Positions 19,587 to 27,756 of a stretch of DNA of 64,000 nt are shown here, piece by piece (the first letter of the stretch is position 1; each line of letters starts with the position of its first letter). The translations under genes were made by a program, and so were the position numbers. Under the pieces are notes generated by a model. That model searched no databases. It had not been told where the DNA came from and saw only the letters and a program-made list of their open reading frames with translations. This DNA comes from Chloroflexota bacterium (GTDB lineage Bacteria > Chloroflexota > Anaerolineae > Aggregatilineales > Phototrophicaceae): positions 47,548 through 111,547 of the forward strand of contig JANRJX010000075.1 in the NCBI GenBank assembly GCA_033763755.1, read 5' to 3'.

Positions 19587-20885
19587 TTATGCCAGCGCCG
19601 TGGCGAAGTGCGCCTGCTGTTCGGCATAGAGTTTGTCGATCAGCCGTCCTGCGGGAATTTCGACATCATCAAATGTCAGATGTGTGTCTTTCGGCAGGTC
19701 ACGCTTGACACGACAGCCTTCTGCCAACCCGATGGGCAGCAGCCGTTCGCGCTGAACGACATCGCTGTTTTCCGCCTCGCCGTACATGGTGTAGCCGCCC
19801 AGATAATCCAGTTCGTCGCCCGCTTTCAGGTCGATCTTCGCGGTTGTAATGACCTCGACAACCGGCGCGCCCAGCGGCGTAATCACATAGTCTTCTAGCA
19901 GCGCTACACGGGCAATCGACAGTGGCACTTCAAAGTGGCACAGATGGTAGGGCTGGTAGAAGCTGTACAGCGGACCTTCGCCCAGCTTGTAGAGGTTCAG
20001 GTAGTGGCGCTGTTTCGGGTCGTCATGGGTAGCGAGGACGAACACGCCGGGCGATGGTTTGCTGCCGACGACGTAATCGACAATACCCCCGTGCGACTTG
20101 AGCATATCGATGTCATATCGCTTGGTCAGCTCGTCAATATGTCCATCATGATTGTAGCCAAGCATCCCGCGTTTAGCGACACGCATTCCGGTGGCGTTCG
20201 CGACGAGTGCCTGTTCATAGGAAATTTTCGTCCCATCAGCAAAGCTTGTTACCATTGATGGGTTTTGCCCCCACTTTTCGGCAAAGCCTTTCTGTGTGGT
20301 CGGGTTGCGGTACGGGTCTTGCAAGCCCTTGATATTGCCGCAGAGCAACGGGGTGAGACCCAAACCCTTGACGAAGCGGTAGACATTCATTTCGACGCCC
20401 GGTTGGTCGCCATCGCTACCGCTGAAGATGACCCCCGCGCGTTCGGCATAGACTTTGAGCAAGGGGCCGACTGTGCCGTCGAGTTCGGCATTCATCGAGA
20501 CCATGTCCTTGCCGCATTCGATTGCCTTCATGGTCAGGTGTGCGCCAAACTCCAATGCACCCGTGATGTCAAGCACCAGGTCAATATTGTCTGCCTCGCA
20601 CAGCAAGTGAGCATTGTCCGTAACCGCAGGACGGTGTTGATCGATGGCAGCTTCAAGCGCGGTCACACTGTCTACTGTGACGACGTTTTCGACTCCGGCA
20701 TAGGCATAGGCGTCGGCAGCTTTGGCGAGTGTACGATTAGCAATCGCAACCAGTTCGATGCCGTGAACCGAGTTGATGATCTGGTTGGCGATACCGCGTG
20801 CCATAAAGCCCGCGCCTGCCATTCCCACACGAATTCGTTTACCTTCTGCTGCATATTTTTCGAGCGCGGCGCTGGCAATTTGCAT
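19587..20885 (-). CDS. NAD(P)-binding oxidoreductase with C-terminal SAF domain (COG4091-like 'homoserine dehydrogenase-like')
   Basis: Start at ATG 20885 with AGGAGA 8 nt upstream. Rossmann motif IRVGMAGAGFMARGIANQI and a SAF-like C-terminus (AKIDLKAGDELD.LGGYTMYGEAE). The 499-aa track ORF overruns into the upstream epimerase gene. Confidence 0.7.
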   Translation of the reverse strand: MQIASAALEKYAAEGKRIRVGMAGAGFMARGIANQIINSVHGIELVAIANRTLAKAADAYAYAGVENVVTVDSVTALEAAIDQHRPAVTDNAHLLCEADNIDLVLDITGALEFGAHLTMKAIECGKDMVSMNAELDGTVGPLLKVYAERAGVIFSGSDGDQPGVEMNVYRFVKGLGLTPLLCGNIKGLQDPYRNPTTQKGFAEKWGQNPSMVTSFADGTKISYEQALVANATGMRVAKRGMLGYNHDGHIDELTKRYDIDMLKSHGGIVDYVVGSKPSPGVFVLATHDDPKQRHYLNLYKLGEGPLYSFYQPYHLCHFEVPLSIARVALLEDYVITPLGAPVVEVITTAKIDLKAGDELDYLGGYTMYGEAENSDVVQRERLLPIGLAEGCRVKRDLPKDTHLTFDDVEIPAGRLIDKLYAEQQAHFATALA

Positions 20886-20898
20886 CTGACTATTTCTC

Positions 20899-21435
20899 CT
20901 AACGTACCGCTTCAACCAGCGGCCATTGCGCATCTTTACTTGAGACAATACTGACGGGGAGGGGCCAGTCAATTTTGAAGGCGGGGTCATCGTAACGATA
21001 ACCACGTTCTGTACCTGGCGTGTAAAACTCGCCGACGAGGTAAATGACTTCTGTGTTGTCTTCGAGCGTTTGGAATCCGTGCGCAAACATCTCCGGGATA
21101 TAGAGCGCGCGATGATTATCCGCCGTCAGTTCAACGCCAATATGCTGCATAAATGTCGGAGACTCTGGACGCATGTCAATGATCACGTCATAGATGGCTC
21201 CCCGCATGACGCGGATGAACTTGGTTTCCGGCGCGGGTGCAACCTGCATGTGCATCCCGCGCAGTGTGCCGCGTGTGTGATTAAACGAAATATTCGCCTG
21301 GGCAATGGTCGTCTTCAATCCGCGTTCAGCGAATTCGTTGGCGCAAAATGCGCGTGTGAAGAAACCACGCTCATCACTGCGCGGCTCAATATCGACTATG
21401 AAGGCACCGGAAAGCTTTGTTTCGCCAAACTTCAT
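20899..21435 (-). CDS. rfbC: dTDP-4-dehydrorhamnose 3,5-epimerase family (RmlC-like cupin)
   Basis: 178-aa ORF with RmlC motifs: FIVDIEPRSDERGFFTRAF, GTLRGMHMQ, KFIRVMRGAIYDVIIDMRPESPTF, LYIPEMFAHGFQTLEDNTEVIY. Confidence 0.8.
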   Translation of the reverse strand: MKFGETKLSGAFIVDIEPRSDERGFFTRAFCANEFAERGLKTTIAQANISFNHTRGTLRGMHMQVAPAPETKFIRVMRGAIYDVIIDMRPESPTFMQHIGVELTADNHRALYIPEMFAHGFQTLEDNTEVIYLVGEFYTPGTERGYRYDDPAFKIDWPLPVSIVSSKDAQWPLVEAVR

Positions 21436-21628
21436 GGTTTACTCCAACTACGGAAGCGGGCTGATGGAACTCGATATATGTTAAGTTTAACAGCCTTACA
21501 CCGTGATAAAAGCTTGATATTTAGGCGAAAAGTCCTGTTGTGGTCAATGTTTGCATTTGTTAGGTGCGCGCGTTAATCTGTAACAATCTGATAGTTTTCT
21601 CACAAACTTACCTTAAAGGATAGGAATT

Positions 21629-22573
21629 ATGAAGCCCGTCTTTCGCGTGGTGTTTCTAATATTTGCGCTGCTGACAGTGTTCGGCAGCGCTGGCGCACAG
21701 GATGCTCCCGTTGTCGCCGTAATCACGCCGTACCTGGCGCAGCCGGGAACGCAGTTCGTGGTCGAAGGCTTCCAGGCAGCCGCCGAACCGCGCGGCTGGA
21801 CGGTCAATGTCATTGACACAGCGGGCGACGTGGCAGCCGTGATCAGCCGCATTGAAGATGTCGTCACTCAGGGGGTAGATGCAATTGTCATTAATGTCGA
21901 TCCGGCGCAGGTGGAGGCGGGTTTGCAGGTGGCTGCGGACGCGGGTATCCCTGTCTTCGGTATGGACGCAGGCACCCACCCACTGCTCGTCACTAACGTC
22001 ACCAGCAACGGCTACGCGATGGCGGCAGAGACGGCGACTTATGTTGTTGACCGCATTGGCGGTGTTGGTGGCGTCGTGATGTTCGTTTTCGATCCGTTCC
22101 CACCTGTGCAGAAGCGCGGCATCATCGCGGACGCCATTTTCGCGAACAACCCGGACATCACGATTATCGACCGCATTACGCCGGATGTCACCGATGGGGG
22201 TATTGCCGACTCGCGCGCCAAGATGGAAGCGGTGCTGGCAGCGAATCCCGATCCAGGGAGCATTGCAGCGGTGTGGGCAGCATGGGATCAGCCCGCGTTG
22301 GGTGCTTTGCAGGCGATTGAGGCAGCGGGTCGCGAAGGGGAAGGCATCGTCATTGTCGGCATAGATGCCAATCCGCAGGCGCTTGACGCAATTGCAGCGG
22401 GCGGCAACTTTGAAGCGTCAGTCGCACAGGACTTCGCAGGTATCGGTGCGACGACAGCCGATCAGGTTGAAGTCATCCTCGGCGGTGGTGAAGTACTGCA
22501 ATCGGTCATTTACGTGTCGACGACGCTGGTTACTGCCGCCAATGTTGACCAATTCCTGATGCCCAGTCCGTGA
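21629..22573 (+). CDS. Sugar ABC transporter substrate-binding protein (CUT2, RbsB/LacI-type periplasmic binding fold)
   Basis: Signal peptide MKPVFRVVFLIFALLTVFGSAGAQD, followed by a type I periplasmic-binding-protein pattern (VAVITPYLAQPG..., GVDAIVINVDP, VGIDANPQALDAI). Confidence 0.8.
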   Translation: MKPVFRVVFLIFALLTVFGSAGAQDAPVVAVITPYLAQPGTQFVVEGFQAAAEPRGWTVNVIDTAGDVAAVISRIEDVVTQGVDAIVINVDPAQVEAGLQVAADAGIPVFGMDAGTHPLLVTNVTSNGYAMAAETATYVVDRIGGVGGVVMFVFDPFPPVQKRGIIADAIFANNPDITIIDRITPDVTDGGIADSRAKMEAVLAANPDPGSIAAVWAAWDQPALGALQAIEAAGREGEGIVIVGIDANPQALDAIAAGGNFEASVAQDFAGIGATTADQVEVILGGGEVLQSVIYVSTTLVTAANVDQFLMPSP

Positions 22574-24234
22574 CCCCTTTGCTCTCCATCCGCCGTGCCA
22601 GCAAGCATTATGGTGGCACGGCGGCGTTAATGGATGCCACGCTCGATCTCTACAGTGGCGAAATTCAGGCACTGATGGGCGAAAACGGTGCTGGAAAATC
22701 GACGCTGATTAAACTGCTGGCGGGCGTGACGCAGCCGGACTCGATGGAGGTGCGGCTGCATGATCAGCCTGTGCCACTGCGTACCCCTCAGGATGCGTAT
22801 GCGTTAGGGCTGCGCTTTATTCATCAGGAATTGACAGTCGTTCCGCAGCTTTCCGTTGCCGAAAACATCTTCATTGGTCAGCCTTACCCCCGTCGATTGG
22901 GTACGTTGGTCGATTGGCGACGGCTCAACGATGGTGCACGCGCGGCGTTGGCACACCTCGGCATCGCGCACATCGATCCGCGTGTGCCGATGGCGCGGTT
23001 GGCGACGGGCGACCGAATGCTGGTCAAGATTGCCAGTGCGTTTGCGGATAACAGGGCGCGTATCTATGTGTTGGACGAACCAACGGCGGCGTTGACGGGC
23101 GCGGAAGCAAATCGTCTCTTTGCCGTGCTGAATACACTGAGCGCGCAAGGCGCAGCCATGCTGTACGTGTCGCATCGGTTGGATGAAATCTTTCGCATTT
23201 GCCAGCGCGTCACTGTTATGCGTGATGGGCGCGTGGTTGCCAGCGAGATGACGGACGCGCTAACGCCGGAGCGTGTCATCGAACTAATGACGGGACGCGC
23301 GATGGAACAGGCGTATCCGGGGCGTATTGTAGGGACGAGTCCTGCTTCGTCCGCCGCGCGCAAGGATGAAACGGGAACGGGACAGGAGCGGACAGGGCCT
23401 GCCCTGTCCCTACTCGCTGTGAACAGATTGGCGACACGGCATGTGCGCGATGTGACGTTCACGCTGGCGGCGGGCGAAATCCTGGGTGTGGCAGGCTTGC
23501 AAGGGGCGGGACGGACCGAATTGTTACGGGCGCTGTCGGGCGTAGATCGTCTTATTGACGGAAGTGTGGTTCTCAGCTTTCAGGTATCAAGTATCAGTGA
23601 GCAGAGAAGCAAAGAATACAGGTCCGACCACGAAGCACAAACAGCCTCGAAATTAGAAATTAGAACTGAGAACTGGAAACAGAGAACATATGATGTGACA
23701 GCGGCGTGGCAGCGTGGGATTGCCTATGTGCCGGAAGAACGGCGTGCGCAAGGTTTGATGCTGTCGCGCAGCATTCGCGACAATGTGAGCCTGCCGCATC
23801 TGGGGATGTTGAGCTGGCGCGGCGCATTCTTGCGGCGTAGGCATGAGGAACGCCTGGCGTCACAGGTAGGTGAGGGCGTGCGTCTGAAGGCACATGGGAT
23901 GCGCCAGCGCGTGCGTGAACTGAGCGGCGGCAACCAGCAGAAAGTGTTGTTTGCGCGGGCATTGGCACGAAATCCGCGTCTGTTACTGCTGGATGAGCCA
24001 GCGCGCGGCGTGGATGTGGGTGCGAAATACGACATCTACACCTTGGTGCGGCAGGCGAGCGCAGGTGGTACAGGCGTCATCATGGCGTCATCTGACCTGG
24101 GCGAGCTGCTTGGCTTGTGCGACCGAATCCTGATCATGCGTGCGCGGCGCATGGTGACAATTGTCGAAGCGCAAGGGTTGGAGCAGGCGCAGCTGCTCTC
24201 GTTGTGTTACGGCGATGCGCACGCAGTCAGCTAG
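22570..24234 (+). CDS. Sugar ABC transporter ATP-binding protein with two NBDs (CUT2, RbsA-like)
   Basis: GTGA overlap with the SBP gene. NBD1: GENGAGKSTL, VLDEPTAAL. NBD2: GLQGAGRTELL, LSGGNQQKV, LLLLDEPARGVDVGAK. An atypical AT-rich insertion lies between Walker A and the Q-loop of NBD2. Confidence 0.85.
   Translation: MTPLLSIRRASKHYGGTAALMDATLDLYSGEIQALMGENGAGKSTLIKLLAGVTQPDSMEVRLHDQPVPLRTPQDAYALGLRFIHQELTVVPQLSVAENIFIGQPYPRRLGTLVDWRRLNDGARAALAHLGIAHIDPRVPMARLATGDRMLVKIASAFADNRARIYVLDEPTAALTGAEANRLFAVLNTLSAQGAAMLYVSHRLDEIFRICQRVTVMRDGRVVASEMTDALTPERVIELMTGRAMEQAYPGRIVGTSPASSAARKDETGTGQERTGPALSLLAVNRLATRHVRDVTFTLAAGEILGVAGLQGAGRTELLRALSGVDRLIDGSVVLSFQVSSISEQRSKEYRSDHEAQTASKLEIRTENWKQRTYDVTAAWQRGIAYVPEERRAQGLMLSRSIRDNVSLPHLGMLSWRGAFLRRRHEERLASQVGEGVRLKAHGMRQRVRELSGGNQQKVLFARALARNPRLLLLDEPARGVDVGAKYDIYTLVRQASAGGTGVIMASSDLGELLGLCDRILIMRARRMVTIVEAQGLEQAQLLSLCYGDAHAVS
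23649..23690 (+). repeat. Degenerate 7-nt tandem repeat (six units) inside the ATPase gene
   Basis: The units read gaaatta gaaatta gaactga gaactgg aaacaga gaacata. They lie within a low-GC in-frame segment. Confidence 0.6.
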
Positions 24235-24845
24235 AGCTGTCGGGCACGCTCTGCCTCCTCGAACAGTGCCAGGTCCTCGGGCAGGTCAATGTCCAGCGCC
24301 AGCCGCTCACTCTCGAAAATGTGGACGTGCGCACCCGCCGCGTGTGCAAGCATCAGGTGGCGGGTGAAACTCCCCGTTCCATACGTGTACTCAAACAGCC
24401 CTGGCGGGCGCACCAGCAGTGCATTCGTCCCATCGCGGTTACGATCCGTCGCGATGACGACCGAATGTGACTCGCGCGCTTGTAACACCATATCACCCAC
24501 GTCTTGCCGCGTGATCAATGGCAAGTCCGCAGGCAGGATCAGCACACCGCCGCCGCGCCATGCCGAGATCAGGCTGGTGGCGCGCATCAGGGCAGTGTTG
24601 AGTTCGGGTTGTCCACTTTCCTGTACAGTTTTAGCGCCGTAGTCACGAGCAATTGCCAGCGCACGCGGATCGCGACTGATGACAAGTGTACCGGCTACCT
24701 GTGGCGCATCCTGTGCCGCGTGCAGCACACGATGGAACAGTTTTTCGGCAAGCTGCTGCCGCTGGACAGGCGTCAAGACATTAGACAATCGGCTTTTGGC
24801 GTTGGATATCGGCTTAAGCGGAATAATTACCCAAATGCCACTCAT
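24231..24845 (-). CDS. cofC: 2-phospho-L-lactate (or PEP) guanylyltransferase CofC/FbiD, F420 biosynthesis
   Basis: Start MSGIWVIIPLKPISNAKSRLS fits the CofC N-terminal pattern. ATGA overlap with the cofD stop. The longest ORF (to 24926) would overlap cofD by 85 nt. Confidence 0.75.
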   Translation of the reverse strand: MSGIWVIIPLKPISNAKSRLSNVLTPVQRQQLAEKLFHRVLHAAQDAPQVAGTLVISRDPRALAIARDYGAKTVQESGQPELNTALMRATSLISAWRGGGVLILPADLPLITRQDVGDMVLQARESHSVVIATDRNRDGTNALLVRPPGLFEYTYGTGSFTRHLMLAHAAGAHVHIFESERLALDIDLPEDLALFEEAERARQL

Positions 24846-25786
24846 GAAGCCCTGCTTTCTATCCAATTTATGATGGCGCGTGCCAGACGCGCGCGGTCTG
24901 CATCGCTGCGCATGATCGTGTCGCACACCAGATGGGGTTGCGACGGCGGTTCCATGTCTGCATCCACCTGATCATAAACGAAGCCTGTAATGATCTGACC
25001 ATAATGTTGCGCGATAGACCTTGCATCTACCTTATATCCAAGTTCGGTCATCAATTTTGCCGCCGGTCCCTTAATGGCTTTGCCGCCGATGATCGGGCTG
25101 ATAGCAATCCTGGGAATGCTGCGGCTGAGAACGAGGTCGCGCATTCCGTTGAGGTGCAGAATCGGTTCAATGGATAACCAGGGATTAGAGGGCGCGATCA
25201 AGAGGACGTCAGCCTGTCTGATAGCTTGTTCCACCTGTAAGGTCATATGAGCATGCCGGGCATCATTGTAGTCTAAGGCGCGCACCGTTGGTTGCCAGCG
25301 ATGGCGCACAAAATACTCCTGAAACGCTAATGTCCCATGTTCTATGGTATCGACAATAGTCGGTGTTTCGGCATCTGTCATGGGCAGGATGGCACATCTT
25401 ATGCCCAGTGCTTTGCTCAGGCGCAACGTAATGTCGGTCAGACATTCGCCACTGTGGAGTGCCTGTGTGCGCAGCACGTGTGTTGCGAGGTCTTGATCGC
25501 CCAATCGAAACCAGGGTTCTTCGCCAAAACGACGCAGCGCACGGAGCATGGCGTCACTATCGCCGTCTACGCCCCATCCGTTCGTCGGGTCAACTACACC
25601 GCCGAGTGTGTACATCACAGTATCGAGGTCAGGGCAGATGCGCAAACCGTAATGCCAGAAGTCATCGCCCGTGTTGACGATGACAGTCAGGTTTTCCTGC
25701 GGCATGATCTGTGCCAGACCGTGTGCCAGCTTTGCGCCGCCCACGCCTCCAACCAGTGCCACAATCTTCGTTGTCTCTAGCGCCAC
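24842..25786 (-). CDS. cofD: 2-phospho-L-lactate transferase CofD/FbiA (LPPG:FO transferase)
   Basis: 314-aa ORF. The N-terminus KIVALVGGVGGAKLAHGL and the overall CofD/UPF0052 pattern (NTGDD, LIAPSNPWLSI) support the call. Confidence 0.8.
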   Translation of the reverse strand: MALETTKIVALVGGVGGAKLAHGLAQIMPQENLTVIVNTGDDFWHYGLRICPDLDTVMYTLGGVVDPTNGWGVDGDSDAMLRALRRFGEEPWFRLGDQDLATHVLRTQALHSGECLTDITLRLSKALGIRCAILPMTDAETPTIVDTIEHGTLAFQEYFVRHRWQPTVRALDYNDARHAHMTLQVEQAIRQADVLLIAPSNPWLSIEPILHLNGMRDLVLSRSIPRIAISPIIGGKAIKGPAAKLMTELGYKVDARSIAQHYGQIITGFVYDQVDADMEPPSQPHLVCDTIMRSDADRARLARAIINWIESRAS

Positions 25787-26370
25787 ACCATACTCGTTTC
25801 GAGAGGTCGGCGGGTCTTTTCCTTGAACTCTGCTGGGTATCCCAGTGTCACCATGCCCTGTGGCTGCCAGTCGTGCGGCAGTTCGAGCGCTTCACGCACG
25901 ACATCCGGCGCGAACAGCGGTGCGCACATCCAGCACGCGCCCAAACCAAGCGCGTGTGCTGCCAGCAAGAGGTTTTGACCCGCCATTGCCGTACTTTGTG
26001 CCGCCATGAGGAATTCGTGCTGCTGGCGACGATCATCCGGGTAGGTATCCATATCCATCATCGACAAGCATACCACAATCAGAACGGGTGCGCCTGTAAT
26101 TCGGCTATACGAACGTGCTGTATCTTTGGCAATCAGGTCTTCAGTCATGCCATCATGTTCCAGGTCGTGCCGCAACCGCAGTCCCATCGCCCGTGCCAGG
26201 TGCTGCTTGCGTACGCTATTGGTCGTCACGGCGAAGCGCCAGGGCTGCCGATTATGCGCCGATGGTGCCCAGGTTGCAGCTTCCACAAGCTGATTGATAA
26301 GTGCTTGTGGTACGGGATCAGGCAGATAGCGGCGTAAGCTGCGACGGCTGAAGAAGAAGTCCCCGTACAT
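25777..26370 (-). CDS. Nitroreductase-fold protein, stand-alone equivalent of the FbiB C-terminal domain (inferred)
   Basis: Motif RRSLRRYLPDPVPQALINQLVEAATWAPSAHNRQPWRF. 10-nt overlap with the cofD start. Start set at ATG 26370; the longest ORF begins at TTG 26379. Confidence 0.65.
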   Translation of the reverse strand: MYGDFFFSRRSLRRYLPDPVPQALINQLVEAATWAPSAHNRQPWRFAVTTNSVRKQHLARAMGLRLRHDLEHDGMTEDLIAKDTARSYSRITGAPVLIVVCLSMMDMDTYPDDRRQQHEFLMAAQSTAMAGQNLLLAAHALGLGACWMCAPLFAPDVVREALELPHDWQPQGMVTLGYPAEFKEKTRRPLETSMVWR

Positions 26371-26532
26371 ATGTATCAATCCTTCGTTTGCATGGCAAGA
26401 CAGTCTTTACCATAATTAAACACACCCCTATGATAGAAATCATTCGGTATAGGCGTCAACTATCACTGATTAATCATGATATTTATCAAATGTGTGGGGA
26501 CGTTAACCAGATATACTTTGAACGAGGCTGAT

Positions 26533-26628
26533 ATGAAAAATATACATAAGGCTTCCTGGTATAGCTTCAGCGTGGACAGGCTGTGCTTTGCTGATTTTAT
26601 CACTGTGGCAGAAAGCTGGTGCAAATGA
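26533..26628 (+). CDS. Candidate 31-codon upstream ORF coupled to the kinase gene
   Basis: GAGG lies 5 nt before ATG 26533. It encodes MKNIHKASWYSFSVDRLCFADFITVAESWCK. Its TGA (26626-26628) overlaps the kinase ATG 26625 as ATGA. It is below the length cut-off of the ORF track. Confidence 0.3.
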   Translation: MKNIHKASWYSFSVDRLCFADFITVAESWCK

Positions 26629-27755
26629 GCGATAGCACAGCGGGTGGAACTTTATCACAATCTCTTCTGGAACAAGCGGTGGAAAATGCCGCTGCCAGCA
26701 TCATCATTACCGACCACCGGGGCGTTCTGCTGTATGTCAATCGCAGGTTTGAAGACATGACAGGCTACAAACGTGAGGAGGTTTTGGGAACCAATTGCAG
26801 TGTGCTTCAGGTCGATGCGAACGGGATTCGCCATCATCAACAGCCGGGGCTGGCAGTGCTACGTGATGCTATTGTCAAGGGTGAAGCTTGCACAACCCAA
26901 CTGAATAATTTCCGCAAGTCTGGCGAATGGTTCATCAACGAACTGATGATTTCTCCTATTCGTGATGCATTCGGAAACCTCATCCATTACGTTGGTATCC
27001 AAAACGACATTACACAGCGTGTGCGTATGGAAGAAATGCTCAGCCACAAACGGGTGATTGAGCGGACTGTCGCCTTGCTTGAGCGCATCTTTGGCAGCTT
27101 CGATCATGAAATGCGCACCCCGCTTAGCCGTATCAATGTGTCCTCGTATCTCGCCAGAAAATATCTGGTGGGGGATCAATTTGAGCAGGCTGAACGTTAT
27201 TTAAAAGCAGTCGAAAACGATGTGCGTATTGTCCGCACTATGCTTGATCGCTTTGCGTTGTACAAGCGATTGTTCGTTGAAGCCCCGCGTTTTGTTCACC
27301 GCTCACCTGCGCTGCTTATCGAAAGTGAGGTGGCAATCTTTGCCAATCGGCACCGCCATGTACAGGTCTTAAGCAAGGTCGATTCTGTGCCTGGCTCACC
27401 GATTGATGTGGAGTGCTTTAGTCTGGTATTGCGTGAACTGCTAGATAATGCAGTCATTCACAATCATAGTGACCGTATACCCAGCGTTTATCTTAATGTC
27501 TGGTCAGAGGAAGAAAAGATCGTTATACAGGTAACGGATAACGGAGCGGGCATTGCGTCTGAAGACCAACCGGATATTTTTGAGCCGTTCTTCCGCGGCA
27601 ATCGCGCGCGTACCAGCGACGAGACGCGTGTCGGACTGGGGTTGAGTATTGCACTGCGTGCTGTCGAGTTGCATCGTGGCACGTTGTGGCTTGAACGCTC
27701 AGGTGATGCGGGTTCTATGTTTCGCGTCGAACTGCCAGTTGAGGTGTCAACGTAG
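26619..27755 (+). CDS. LOV (PAS) domain sensor histidine kinase
   Basis: LOV motifs: IIITDHRGVLLYVNRRFEDMTGYKREEVLGTNCSVLQ (Cys codon at 26796-26798), NFRKSGEWFINELMISPI, YVGIQNDITQR. H-box FDHEMRTPLSRI. HATPase motifs ELLDNAVIH, DNGAGI, GLGLSI. The start is GTG 26619 or ATG 26625. Confidence 0.85.
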   Translation: MQMSDSTAGGTLSQSLLEQAVENAAASIIITDHRGVLLYVNRRFEDMTGYKREEVLGTNCSVLQVDANGIRHHQQPGLAVLRDAIVKGEACTTQLNNFRKSGEWFINELMISPIRDAFGNLIHYVGIQNDITQRVRMEEMLSHKRVIERTVALLERIFGSFDHEMRTPLSRINVSSYLARKYLVGDQFEQAERYLKAVENDVRIVRTMLDRFALYKRLFVEAPRFVHRSPALLIESEVAIFANRHRHVQVLSKVDSVPGSPIDVECFSLVLRELLDNAVIHNHSDRIPSVYLNVWSEEEKIVIQVTDNGAGIASEDQPDIFEPFFRGNRARTSDETRVGLGLSIALRAVELHRGTLWLERSGDAGSMFRVELPVEVST

Positions 27756-27756
27756 T

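Noticed and set aside
19587-21086. A 499-aa version of the SAF oxidoreductase ORF that overlaps the RmlC-like gene by about 190 nt.
   Set aside because: The extension (MRTDSKRSKTTQKSFTSSASFTRQ...) has no homology-like features. An ATG at 20885 with AGGAGA 8 nt upstream sits right after the epimerase stop and immediately precedes the Rossmann motif.
23575-23696. The AT-rich segment in the ABC ATPase, considered as an intein, MITE or IS remnant.
   Set aside because: At about 120 nt it is too short for an intein. It has no convincing terminal inverted repeats or target duplication, and the reading frame is maintained. It is reported as an in-frame insertion/repeat instead.
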